Origin: Steroidobacteraceae bacterium
GTDB lineage: Bacteria; Pseudomonadota; Gammaproteobacteria; Steroidobacterales; Steroidobacteraceae
NCBI GenBank assembly: GCA_035518135.1
Contig: DATIXW010000013.1
Span: forward strand, 1 to 44,463
Reading direction: 5' to 3'
Length of the DNA: 44,463 nucleotides
The notes under the pieces are model-generated. The model was given only the letters and a program-made list of their open reading frames with translations, was not told the origin of the DNA and did no database searches. Of this stretch, positions 35,671 to 44,240 are shown piece by piece; the stretch's first letter is position 1, and every line of letters begins with the position of its first letter. The position numbers were made by a program, and so were the translations under genes.

Positions 35671-37088
35671 CGACCCCGCGCCGTTCAGCACCACCGGTGC
35701 GGCTGCTGGTCGTCGACGACGACGCGCGCTACAGCGAGTGGCTGCGGCACCACCTAGACGTGCTGTGTCCGCAGGCGAGCATCAGCATGCTGAACCTGGA
35801 GGAATTCGGGCGCTGGTGCGCGATGTTCTCCGGTCGCGACTGCGATCTGCTCATGCTCGCGGCCAACTTCGGCGTAAGCCCCGAGGATCCGGCTGCGCAG
35901 GGACTGACGCTGCTGCGGCGCCTGCGCGAGCAGCCGGCAGCGCCTGCGGTGGTCGCGCTCGCCGAGGACGGCAATGAACTCACCGCCGTGCGGGCCCTGC
36001 AGCTCGGCGCGGTCGACTACCTGCCCAAGCGCCTGCTCACGCCCGAGCGACTGAGCACCACCGTGCGGGTGGCGCTGCGGCGCGTCGAGCGGCGCGTGGC
36101 GCGCCGCCTCGCCAGTCTTGCGCAGCTGGCACGCGCTCAGGAGGGTAAAGCCAATCCCGCACCGGCCGAGATGCAGGCTGCCGCCGCTGCCGAGGCCGCG
36201 CCGGGGGCCGGTGAGGGCGAGGCGCTGCAGCCGGCCGGCGTGGCCGCACTGCTGGCCGCTGCGAACGCCGAGGTCATCCCGGGGTACACGCTGCGCCTGA
36301 AGATCGGCGAGTCCGAGAAGGCGGTCGTGTACCTGGCCTCCAGCGCGCACCGCGGCCACAACGTCGCCCTCAAGGTGAGCAAGACGCTGCGCGATGAGGC
36401 CGCCGGCCGCCAGTTCCTCGAGCGCGAGTACACCGCAATCATGGCAGTACGCAGCCCGCTGGTCGTGGAGATCTATGACTACGGCGTGCACGGCGGCTTT
36501 GAGTATCTGGCCATGGAGTATCTGCCACGCGGAGACCTCAAGGCGCGCATCCAGCGCGGCGTGAGCGAAGCGGAAGCGCTGCACTACGCGGTGCAGATCG
36601 CCGCGGCGCTGCAGGTGGTGCACGAGGCCGGCCTGGTGCACCGCGACCTCAAGCCCCCCAACGTGATGCTGCGCGAGAACGATGGCGTGGCGCTCATCGA
36701 CTTCGGGCTTGCGCGCTCAGTGGACGGCAACACGGTGAGCACCCATACCGGCGTGCTGCTCGGCTCTCCGTACTACATGAGCCCGGAGCAGGCGCTGGGC
36801 GAGCCGCTCGATGCGCGCTCGGATTTCTACAGCCTGGGAATCATCTGCTACGAGATGCTCACCGGGCAGAAGCCCTACACCGGCGGCACGGCCATGGAAG
36901 TGCTGCAGCAGCACGTGAGCTCCCCGCTGCCGACGCTCCCGGATGACCTGCGACGCTACCAGCCCTTCCTCGCACGCCTGCTCTGCAAGGCGCGCGGCGA
37001 ACGCTTCGCGACCGCCGCCGAGATCATGGCCGCCGCCGCGGCGCTGCGTAACGGCGCCGGCGGGGAAGTCCAGACGAGCGCCGCCTAG
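35667..37088 (+). CDS. Pseudo-receiver domain fused to a Hanks-type Ser/Thr protein kinase
   Basis: The GTG overlaps the upstream stop (GTGA). The N-terminal domain is CheY-like (RLLVVDDD..DLLMLAANF..DYLPKRL). The kinase carries VALKV, HRDLKPPN (from 36639), DFGLAR and SPEQ. No TM segment is present. Confidence 0.85.
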   Translation: MTTPRRSAPPVRLLVVDDDARYSEWLRHHLDVLCPQASISMLNLEEFGRWCAMFSGRDCDLLMLAANFGVSPEDPAAQGLTLLRRLREQPAAPAVVALAEDGNELTAVRALQLGAVDYLPKRLLTPERLSTTVRVALRRVERRVARRLASLAQLARAQEGKANPAPAEMQAAAAAEAAPGAGEGEALQPAGVAALLAAANAEVIPGYTLRLKIGESEKAVVYLASSAHRGHNVALKVSKTLRDEAAGRQFLEREYTAIMAVRSPLVVEIYDYGVHGGFEYLAMEYLPRGDLKARIQRGVSEAEALHYAVQIAAALQVVHEAGLVHRDLKPPNVMLRENDGVALIDFGLARSVDGNTVSTHTGVLLGSPYYMSPEQALGEPLDARSDFYSLGIICYEMLTGQKPYTGGTAMEVLQQHVSSPLPTLPDDLRRYQPFLARLLCKARGERFATAAEIMAAAAALRNGAGGEVQTSAA

Positions 37089-38398
37089 GGGCTGGCGGGC
37101 GCCGCGCCCGCGCGGCGCTGGAAAGCCCGTCCCAAGGCGAGTGCCAGCACGGTCCAGGCCGCCGAAATCCCGACCCCCAGCCAGCCAATCCCCGCCGGGC
37201 TCGCCCCGAGTCCGCCGGTGAGTGCCTTGTAAAGCGAGCCGCTGAGGGCATCCCCGCCCCGATAGGCAAAGGTGTCGATGAGGCTCTTGGCCTGGTACTT
37301 CTCCTGGCGGCTCACCACCGTGAACAGCGAGTCACGGCAGGGGCGGGTGATGCCGTAGTCAGTCACTCGGCGCACCGCATATACGATCACCAGCACCATG
37401 AAGAACGGGGCAAGTGCGAAGATCGCGTAGCCGGCCACCATGAGGAGCGGTACGAAGGCGAGCAGCGCGCGCATGCCGAGCCATCTGAACAGCCGGCTGA
37501 ACATGAAAAACTGCATCGCCAGGGACACGGCCTGCACACAAAAATCGATCGTGGCAAAGAAGCGCGCGCGCTCGTTCGTCGTGCTGAACGCCTTGGCGAC
37601 GAACGCCTGCTGCTCCAGGTACAGAAACGTCGACACGCAGGTCATGAACAGCACGAACGCGGCGATGCCCAGCAGGTAAGGCGAGCGCGCGACCTGCGCG
37701 AAAGCGGCGAAGACCCCGCCACCGACGCCGCCGTCGGCTCGTGGTGCAGCACGGCCGGCGGCAATTGCGGCGAGCGCCTGGGGCGTATTCGCGGCCTGGC
37801 GCCGCTGCCAGCGGATCACCTGCGCCATAAACACCATCGACAGCACCAGCAGGGCTGCAGACACCGGCAGCAGATTGATGGCGCCGAGGGGCACCGCCAG
37901 CTGGCGCGTGAGTGCCGGTCCGATGATGCCGCCGGTGCTGGCGCCGGCCCAGATGAAGCCGAACAGGCGCCCCGCCTGCTCGCGGCTGAAGACATCCGCC
38001 ATCAGGCTCCAGAACGCCGCCACGACGAACAGGTTGAACACACTCACCCAGACGAAATAGGTACGCGCAATCCAGGTGTGATCCGTCTGGAGGTGAAACC
38101 ACACCCAGAAGGACAGCAGGTTGAGCGCGAAGAAAGCGTACACCCAGGGCAGGAACACCGAACGCGGCAGGCGTGAGGTGAGCCAGCCGTACAGCGGCTG
38201 CAGCAGCAGCATCGTGACGAACACGCCCCAGAACAGGTACGGGATGTTCTCGAGCCCTGAGGTGATGCCGAGGGCATCGCGCACCGGGCGCAGGATCGCG
38301 TAGCTGGTGAACATGCACAGCAGCGTCGCAAACGACGCGAGCAGCGCTGGCGCCTCACCGGGCTGCAGTACCACCAGACGCCGCAGAAACTGGTTCAT
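37085..38398 (-). CDS. MFS-type transporter resembling the ATP/ADP translocase (TLC/Npt) family
   Basis: Has about 12 TM segments. MNQFLRRLVVLQPGEAPALLASFATLLCMFTSYAILRPVRDALG.. and ..FWSLMADVFSREQAGRLFGFIWAGASTGGIIGP resemble Npt/TLC-like carriers. The family call is from memory and the substrate is unknown. Confidence 0.6.
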   Translation of the reverse strand: MNQFLRRLVVLQPGEAPALLASFATLLCMFTSYAILRPVRDALGITSGLENIPYLFWGVFVTMLLLQPLYGWLTSRLPRSVFLPWVYAFFALNLLSFWVWFHLQTDHTWIARTYFVWVSVFNLFVVAAFWSLMADVFSREQAGRLFGFIWAGASTGGIIGPALTRQLAVPLGAINLLPVSAALLVLSMVFMAQVIRWQRRQAANTPQALAAIAAGRAAPRADGGVGGGVFAAFAQVARSPYLLGIAAFVLFMTCVSTFLYLEQQAFVAKAFSTTNERARFFATIDFCVQAVSLAMQFFMFSRLFRWLGMRALLAFVPLLMVAGYAIFALAPFFMVLVIVYAVRRVTDYGITRPCRDSLFTVVSRQEKYQAKSLIDTFAYRGGDALSGSLYKALTGGLGASPAGIGWLGVGISAAWTVLALALGRAFQRRAGAAPASP

Positions 38399-38598
38399 GA
38401 GATACCACTTCGAATTCGTGACCGACGAGATTCACCGCCGAGCCTTCGGGATGCGCATGCGCAGGTTTGACGCTTCTGATCGCCTCATCCGGAGGTGAAG
38501 GTTAGTTTGCCACACCCCCCGCGCCGCCAAGCGTTGTCTTGACGGCGCGCATCCCGCAGGAGCACGCTAGCCAAAACCTCAAGCGTCGGGCAGTCATC

Positions 38599-40080
38599 AT
38601 GAAAAGAAGAGAGTTCTGCGCCGGCGCCACCGCCGCGCTCGCTGGCCTGACACTTGCGCCCTGGCGCAGGGCGCACGCCGCCAGTGAAGTTGCGATCGTG
38701 GGTCTGGATGGCCGGCCGCAAGGCATCAAGAGCGGCGACGTCGAGGAACTGCGCGCGGGACTGCGCGGTGAACTGCTCGCACCCGGGGACACCGGCTACG
38801 ACGCCGCACGCCGGCTGTGGAACCCGGCCTACGACAGAAAGCCGGCCCTGATCGCGCGCTGCGTCGGCGCCGCCGACGTGACGCACGCGGTCAGCTTTGC
38901 CAGCGCGCATGCGCTGCTGACGGCGGTGCGCGGGGGCGGCCACAGCCTCTCGGGCCTGTCCGCCTGCGACGGCGGCCTCATGATCGACCTCGCGCCGATG
39001 CGGGCGGTGGAAGTCGACCCGCTCGCGCGCCGCGCGCGCGTGCAGTCCGGGGCGCTGCTGGGACAGCTCGACCGCGAGTCCCAGGCCTTCGGGCTGGGGA
39101 CGACCTCCGGCACGGTCGCCGACACCGGCGTCGCGGGCCTCACGCTCGGCGGCGGCGTGGGGCGCATTGGCCGGCGCTTCGGCCTCACGGCCGACAACCT
39201 GGTCTCAGCAGAGCTGGTGACGGCCGACGGCAAATGGCAGCGCGCCAGTGCGCAGGAAAACCCGGATCTGCTCTGGGCGCTGCGCGGCGGCGGCGGCAAC
39301 TTCGGCGTGGTGACCTGCTTTGACTTGCAGCTGCACGAGGTCAACCCGCAGATGTATGGCGGGCAGATCTCCTTCCCCATGACCGGCGCGCGCGAGCTGC
39401 TGCGCCACTTCGCCGACTACATCGCGAGCGCGCCGGACGAGCTGTACGTCGACATCGATCTTGAGGGCGATGACAAGCTCGGGCGGCTGGTGACTTTCGA
39501 TGTCTGCTACAGCGGCCCGGTGGGCGATGCCACGCGCGTGCTCGCGCCGCTGCGCAAGCTCGGCAAGGCCGTCAGGGACGAGCTCGCACCCGCGACGTAC
39601 CTGAAGCTGCAGGGCAGCAGCTATACGCCGGGAGTCTCCAAGTTCGGCGTGTACGTGCGCGGCGGACTGATTTTTGGCCTCACACCCAATCTGATCGATG
39701 GGGTCTGCGGGCTGATCGAGACGGCCCCCTCGAATCTTCTGGACGTGTGGATGCAGGCCCAGGGCGGCGCGATCAGTCGCGTGGCGCCCACGGCCACCGC
39801 TTACTGGGGGCGCGGCGCGAGCCACAACATGGGTCTTGCCGGTGCGTGGCAGGTGGGGAGCCCCGATGCGGAGCGCAACACCGAGTGGGTGCGGCACGCC
39901 TGGACGCAGGTCGAGCCGCTCACACGCGGAAACTACGTGAACATCGCCAACACCGACGACCGCGAGAGCCGCGTGGCGGCAGCCTACGGCGACAATTACA
40001 GTCGCCTCGCGCACCTGAAGAAACGTTACGATCCGGCGAATCTCTTCCGGCTCAATGCCAACATCAAGCCGGCCGCGTAA
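38599..40080 (+). CDS. Tat-exported FAD-linked oxidase with berberine-bridge-like C-terminus
   Basis: ATG 38599 gives MKRREFCAGATAALAGLTLAPWRRAHA, a twin-arginine signal. It carries the FAD-binding RGGGHSLSG motif and a C-terminal YGDNYSRLAHLKKRYDPANLFRLNANI (BBE-like). Confidence 0.85.
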   Translation: MKRREFCAGATAALAGLTLAPWRRAHAASEVAIVGLDGRPQGIKSGDVEELRAGLRGELLAPGDTGYDAARRLWNPAYDRKPALIARCVGAADVTHAVSFASAHALLTAVRGGGHSLSGLSACDGGLMIDLAPMRAVEVDPLARRARVQSGALLGQLDRESQAFGLGTTSGTVADTGVAGLTLGGGVGRIGRRFGLTADNLVSAELVTADGKWQRASAQENPDLLWALRGGGGNFGVVTCFDLQLHEVNPQMYGGQISFPMTGARELLRHFADYIASAPDELYVDIDLEGDDKLGRLVTFDVCYSGPVGDATRVLAPLRKLGKAVRDELAPATYLKLQGSSYTPGVSKFGVYVRGGLIFGLTPNLIDGVCGLIETAPSNLLDVWMQAQGGAISRVAPTATAYWGRGASHNMGLAGAWQVGSPDAERNTEWVRHAWTQVEPLTRGNYVNIANTDDRESRVAAAYGDNYSRLAHLKKRYDPANLFRLNANIKPAA

Positions 40081-40125
40081 CTGTGCGGGCCGCATGGACG
40101 TGACGGTCGCGTGACGCGGCCACGC

Positions 40126-40154
40126 TTGACACACTTGTGTCATGAAGGTGCAAT
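40126..40154 (+). promoter_or_regulatory. Near-consensus sigma70 promoter with overlapping 16-bp near-palindrome
   Basis: TTGACA (40126-40131), a 17-nt spacer, then TGCAAT (40149-40154). TGACACACTTGTGTCA (40127-40142, 14 of 16 symmetric) overlaps the -35 and spacer. It lies 55 nt upstream of the glycosyltransferase ATG. Confidence 0.45.
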
Positions 40155-40208
40155 GGAATACGGCGCGGGAGGGCGGGCCAAAGGGTCGCGAAGCCGACAA
40201 CACAGCGC

Positions 40209-41357
40209 ATGCATCTCGTCGACACGACCGTGTTCTATTCGCCCACGAGCGGTGGCGTTAAGCGTTATCTGTCGGCCAAGCACGCGTGGCTCGCGGCGCA
40301 CACTTGCTGGGAACACACCATCGTGGTCCCGGGGCGCGAGGAGCAGATCCAGCGTGGCGGGCTGTGCACGCTGGCGGGCTATCCGGTTCCGGGTACCTTC
40401 AACTATCGGTTGCCGCTGAACCCGCGCCGCTGGGCTCGGGTGCTCGATGAGCTGGAGCCCGGACTGATCGAGGCCGGGGACGCGTTCCATCCCGCCTGGT
40501 GCGCCTGGCGGGTCGCGCGCCGGCGCGGCATCGCGCTCGCGGCCTTCTACCATTCGAATCTGCCGCAGATCCTCGGGCGCGTCTTCGGGCGCAGCTGCGC
40601 TGAGCCGGCCATGCGGCGCTACGTGCGCTGGCTGTACGAGCGCTTCGATGTGGTGTTCGCGCCGAGCCGCCTAATGTGCGCCTACCTGAGGGACCTCGGC
40701 GTTGCTCACGTGGTGCACCAACCACTCGGCGTGGACACCTCGGTATTCACCCCGGAGCGGCGCGGTCTGCCGCTGCGTGAGCGACTCGGTTTGCCCGCAG
40801 GTGCGCGGGTGTTGCTCTACGCCGGGCGCTTCGCCCAGGAGAAGAATCTGCCGATGCTGCTGCAGGCATTCGCGCGCCTGGGGCGGCCCTATCATCTGCT
40901 GTTGATCGGCGGCGAGCGCACCGCACGCCCGGCGGCCAACGTCACCATGCTGCCCTACCGCCGCGACAGCGTGGAACTGGCCGGCTGGATCGCCTCCGCC
41001 GACGCGCTGGTGCATGCGGGTACCAAGGAAACCTTCGGACTGGTGATCCTCGAAGCCATGGCCTGCGGGCGTCCCGTGGTGGCGGCGCGCGCCGGCGCCT
41101 TTCCCGAGCTCATCGACGACAGCGTCGGAGTGCTCGCCGCGCCGCAGGATCCGGCGAGCATGGCCGATGCGATCGCGGCACTATATGAGCGCGATCTGGA
41201 GTCGCTCGGTCAGGCCGCGCGCGCGCGGGTGCTGCAGCAGTTCACCTGGCAGCGCGCGTTCCAGACGCAGATGGCGACCTACGCCTCCCTCACCGCGCGA
41301 CAGCGCCGGGCGCTGCCGCAGGCACAGATCCTGCCGCTGCGTTCCCCGAGTTCCTGA
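40209..41357 (+). CDS. Glycosyltransferase family 4 (GT-B fold)
   Basis: The N-terminal part is Glyco_trans_4-like (SPTSGGVKRYL). The C-terminal part carries the GT1 motif ETFGLVILEAMACGRPVV. Confidence 0.85.
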   Translation: MHLVDTTVFYSPTSGGVKRYLSAKHAWLAAHTCWEHTIVVPGREEQIQRGGLCTLAGYPVPGTFNYRLPLNPRRWARVLDELEPGLIEAGDAFHPAWCAWRVARRRGIALAAFYHSNLPQILGRVFGRSCAEPAMRRYVRWLYERFDVVFAPSRLMCAYLRDLGVAHVVHQPLGVDTSVFTPERRGLPLRERLGLPAGARVLLYAGRFAQEKNLPMLLQAFARLGRPYHLLLIGGERTARPAANVTMLPYRRDSVELAGWIASADALVHAGTKETFGLVILEAMACGRPVVAARAGAFPELIDDSVGVLAAPQDPASMADAIAALYERDLESLGQAARARVLQQFTWQRAFQTQMATYASLTARQRRALPQAQILPLRSPSS

Positions 41358-41388
41358 AGGCGAAGCGGGCGCACCCCGGACACGCCAC

Positions 41389-41829
41389 TCAGCGCGTGAT
41401 GAGCAGCACGCCGCCGAACAGCAGCGCCGCGCCCAGCATGCGCAGCACGGTGAGCGGGTGCTGCGGAAAGCCAAGCCAGCCGAAGTGATCCACCAGCAGC
41501 GAGGTTCCGAGCTGCCCGAGTACCACGAGCGCGAGCAGCGTCGCCGCGCCGAGCCGCGGTCCGACGATCACGCTCGAGGCGACATAGAAGGCGCCGAGCA
41601 CCCCGCCGAGCCATGCCCAGGCCGGCACGGCGCAGAGTTGTGCGCGCAGCGGTAGCGGCGTGCGCGCGAGGCCTGCATAGGCGGCGAGCGCCAGCGAACC
41701 GACCAGAAAGCTGATGAGGGCGGCCACGATCGGGCTGCCGAGGAGCGCGCGCAACGTGCTGTTCATGCCGACCTGCACGACCAGTCCTGCGCCGACGCCC
41801 AGTCCGAGAATGTAGTAGAGGCTTTGCAC
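41389..41829 (-). CDS. DMT-superfamily small membrane protein (DUF606/YdcZ-like)
   Basis: 146 aa with about five TM helices. Begins MQSLYYILGLGVGAGLVVQVGMNSTL, typical of YdcZ-like proteins. Confidence 0.7.
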   Translation of the reverse strand: MQSLYYILGLGVGAGLVVQVGMNSTLRALLGSPIVAALISFLVGSLALAAYAGLARTPLPLRAQLCAVPAWAWLGGVLGAFYVASSVIVGPRLGAATLLALVVLGQLGTSLLVDHFGWLGFPQHPLTVLRMLGAALLFGGVLLITR

Positions 41830-41841
41830 GGGAAGGCCCCT

Positions 41842-42231
41842 TTAGCGACGCAGCACGCGCAGCAGCGCGAGGCCTGCGCGCGTGGCCGCGAGCGCCAGCA
41901 CGGCGCGCCAGAAGAGCCGCTTGCCGAGCGGTACAGGCCGCGGCGGCAGCGCGCAGTAGAACGGCGTCGCCACCTCGCGGCTGAGATGCACGGCGCGCGC
42001 GCGCAGCAGCCACGCGCCCTCGCCACTTTGGATGCGGTAGCGTCCCTCGCCGAGCGCCTGCACCCGCGGTGCGGTGAGGACCTGCGGCAGCTCGGCGGGG
42101 GCGTGCCCGCTGAAGCCGAGCGTGTGCGTGTCTCCCGCAACTCCGGCGGCGCCACGCAGCGTGAGCCCGAGCGCACCGACGCTGCGCTCACAGCGCACGG
42201 CACCCTGAAAGTCGAGCAGCGTCTCAGGCAT
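41842..42231 (-). CDS. Hypothetical protein with C-terminal TM helix
   Basis: G/C is strongly preferred at codon position 3 in this frame. The start overlaps the OsmC stop by 8 nt. The C-terminus is LFWRAVLALAATRAGLALLRVL. I recognise no family, and competing shadow ORFs exist on both strands. Confidence 0.4.
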   Translation of the reverse strand: MPETLLDFQGAVRCERSVGALGLTLRGAAGVAGDTHTLGFSGHAPAELPQVLTAPRVQALGEGRYRIQSGEGAWLLRARAVHLSREVATPFYCALPPRPVPLGKRLFWRAVLALAATRAGLALLRVLRR

Positions 42232-42697
42232 CGGGCAGCTCGACGCTTACGGCGGTTTTGACCGAGTTGGCAATGAAGCAGGACTCGTGGGCGCGATGGT
42301 GCAGCGTCTCGTGGCCGCTGCGCTCGGGACGGCGGGGGCCGGCAAACAGCACCTGCGGACGCAGAATCACCTGCAGCATTGCGATGTGTCCCGCACCATC
42401 GCGGCCCATCACGCCCCGGGCATCGTCGCGGTAGTCATCCACGCACCAGCCATCCCGGGCGGCGAGATCCAGAAACCAGAGCATGTGGCAGCTGGAGAGT
42501 GAAGCCACGAACGCTTCCTCCGGATCAACCGCCGCCTCCACCGAGAACGGCGTGCGCACCACGCTCGGAGAGGAGGACGCCGGCACCTCGATGCCGCCAT
42601 CGAAACGCCACGTGTGCCCGCGGCTATAGCGGTTGTCGGTGAAGACAGCGGTCCCGCGCGCCCAGTGGATGAGCGCGTGATACTCGTGACCGGCCAT
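42224..42697 (-). CDS. OsmC-family protein (peroxiredoxin-like)
   Basis: The two conserved Cys contexts are LSSCHMLWF and HESCFIANS. Length is 157 aa. Confidence 0.8.
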   Translation of the reverse strand: MAGHEYHALIHWARGTAVFTDNRYSRGHTWRFDGGIEVPASSSPSVVRTPFSVEAAVDPEEAFVASLSSCHMLWFLDLAARDGWCVDDYRDDARGVMGRDGAGHIAMLQVILRPQVLFAGPRRPERSGHETLHHRAHESCFIANSVKTAVSVELPDA

Positions 42698-42742
42698 GTT
42701 TTAGCTCCGTGCCGTGCCCGTGACGATTGTACGATAGCGCCC

Positions 42743-44158
42743 ATGCAATCCCCGGAACTTCAGCCGCGTCGCGACCTGACGCTCACGCACGCCACCTCAC
42801 TGGTCGTGGGCATCACGATTGGCACCGGCGTATTCCTGAAGTCGGCGCAGATGGCGCAGGCGGTCGGGACGCCGGTACTGGTCCTGTGCGCCTGGGCGGT
42901 CGCCGGCCTGGTGGCGCTGCTGGCCGCGCTGTGCTTCGCGGAGCTGGGAGCGATGTTGCCGGCGGCCGGAGGCGAGTACGTCTACCTGCGCGCCGCCTAT
43001 GGTGAAGTCCCGGGCTTTCTCTACGCCTGCAACAGCTTCCTGCTCGGGGGCGCAAGCATCGCCGCCTATGGTGCGGCCGTGGCCATCTTCGTCTCCGACA
43101 TCCACGCCCTGGGCGCGCCGTGGATCCGCTATGCGTTACCCCTGCACGGCACCGTGTACGCCCTCGAGCTCGGTCCGCGCCAGCTGATTGCGGTGGGTGT
43201 CATCGCCGTGTTCGCGGCCATCAATTGCGCCGGGGTCATGTTCGGCGGGCGCGTGCAGACCGCGCTCACCGTGACCAAGATCCTGGCCATCATCGGGGTG
43301 GCCGCCGGCGTTTTCCTGTTCTCCGGCACACCCGATGCCGGCAACCTCGCCGCCGCACCCGGCACGCCCAGCGGCGGCGCGGCTGGCTTCGGGGCCGCGC
43401 TGTTCGCCGCCTTGTGGGCCTACAGCGGCTGGCAGTATCTGCCCATGGCGGCCAGCGAAGTGCGCGAGCCGCAGCGCAATCTGCCGCGCGCCATCATCGG
43501 CGGCACGCTCCTGGTGCTTGCCATCTATCTGCTGATCAACGCGGCCTACCTGTGGGCGCTGCCTTTCTGGCAGGTGGCGAGCGCCAACTCCACCGCCTAC
43601 CCCGAGGCACCCTCGGTCGCCGCACGTGCGGTGCAGACCTTCCTCGGCAGGCGCGCGGTGGCGGTGGCGGCGCTGATCTTCGTCATCTCGTGCATCGGTT
43701 CGCTCAATGGCACGATCCTCACGCGCGCCCGCGTCTCCTTCGCGGCTGCGCGCGACGGCCTGTTCTTTGCGCGCTTCGGACGCTTGAGTCCCAACACGCG
43801 CGTGCCCGTCACCTCGCTGTTGCTCACCTGCCTGTGGGCTGCGGTGCTTGCCGTCTCGGGAAGCTTCGAGGAACTCACCAACATGGCGGTCATGTCGTAC
43901 GCGCTGTTCTGGATTCCGGTGATCCTCGCCCTCATCGTGCTGCGACGCTCGCAGCCGGCCGTCGTGCGCCCGTTCCGGGTGCCCGGCTACCCCCTGGTGC
44001 CGCTGCTCGTGGTGCTCATCATGGTGTGGGTCGTGATCAGCGCGCTGCTGACGACCACCAGGGAAGCGATCGCCACGATCCTGCTGATCCTGCTCGGACT
44101 GCCGCTTTATCCACTCTTCCGTCGGCGCCAGCGGGCCCAGAGGGCCCTCGCCGACTGA
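42743..44158 (+). CDS. APC-superfamily amino acid permease
   Basis: ATG 42743 gives MQSPELQPRRDLTLTHATSLVVGITIGTGVFLKSAQ.. with about 12 TM segments and ..FAELGAMLPAAGGEYVYL... The upstream part of the track ORF overlaps the osmC-family gene on the opposite strand (42224-42697) and was rejected. Confidence 0.85.
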   Translation: MQSPELQPRRDLTLTHATSLVVGITIGTGVFLKSAQMAQAVGTPVLVLCAWAVAGLVALLAALCFAELGAMLPAAGGEYVYLRAAYGEVPGFLYACNSFLLGGASIAAYGAAVAIFVSDIHALGAPWIRYALPLHGTVYALELGPRQLIAVGVIAVFAAINCAGVMFGGRVQTALTVTKILAIIGVAAGVFLFSGTPDAGNLAAAPGTPSGGAAGFGAALFAALWAYSGWQYLPMAASEVREPQRNLPRAIIGGTLLVLAIYLLINAAYLWALPFWQVASANSTAYPEAPSVAARAVQTFLGRRAVAVAALIFVISCIGSLNGTILTRARVSFAAARDGLFFARFGRLSPNTRVPVTSLLLTCLWAAVLAVSGSFEELTNMAVMSYALFWIPVILALIVLRRSQPAVVRPFRVPGYPLVPLLVVLIMVWVVISALLTTTREAIATILLILLGLPLYPLFRRRQRAQRALAD

Positions 44159-44240
44159 ACCGTAGCGGTGAGCGCGCGGCGAATCGCCCGGGCGAAACGG
44201 CGCTTCCCCGCATCGGCGTATGGCTCGATATACCGCGCGG

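Noticed and set aside
38397-38498. A 33-codon plus-strand ORF (MRYHFEFVTDEIHRRAFGMRMRRFDASDRLIRR) starting in the TCATGA palindrome at the TLC-like gene start.
   Set aside because: It has no ribosome-binding site and no recognisable family. The start codon arises automatically from the palindrome around the opposite-strand ATG.
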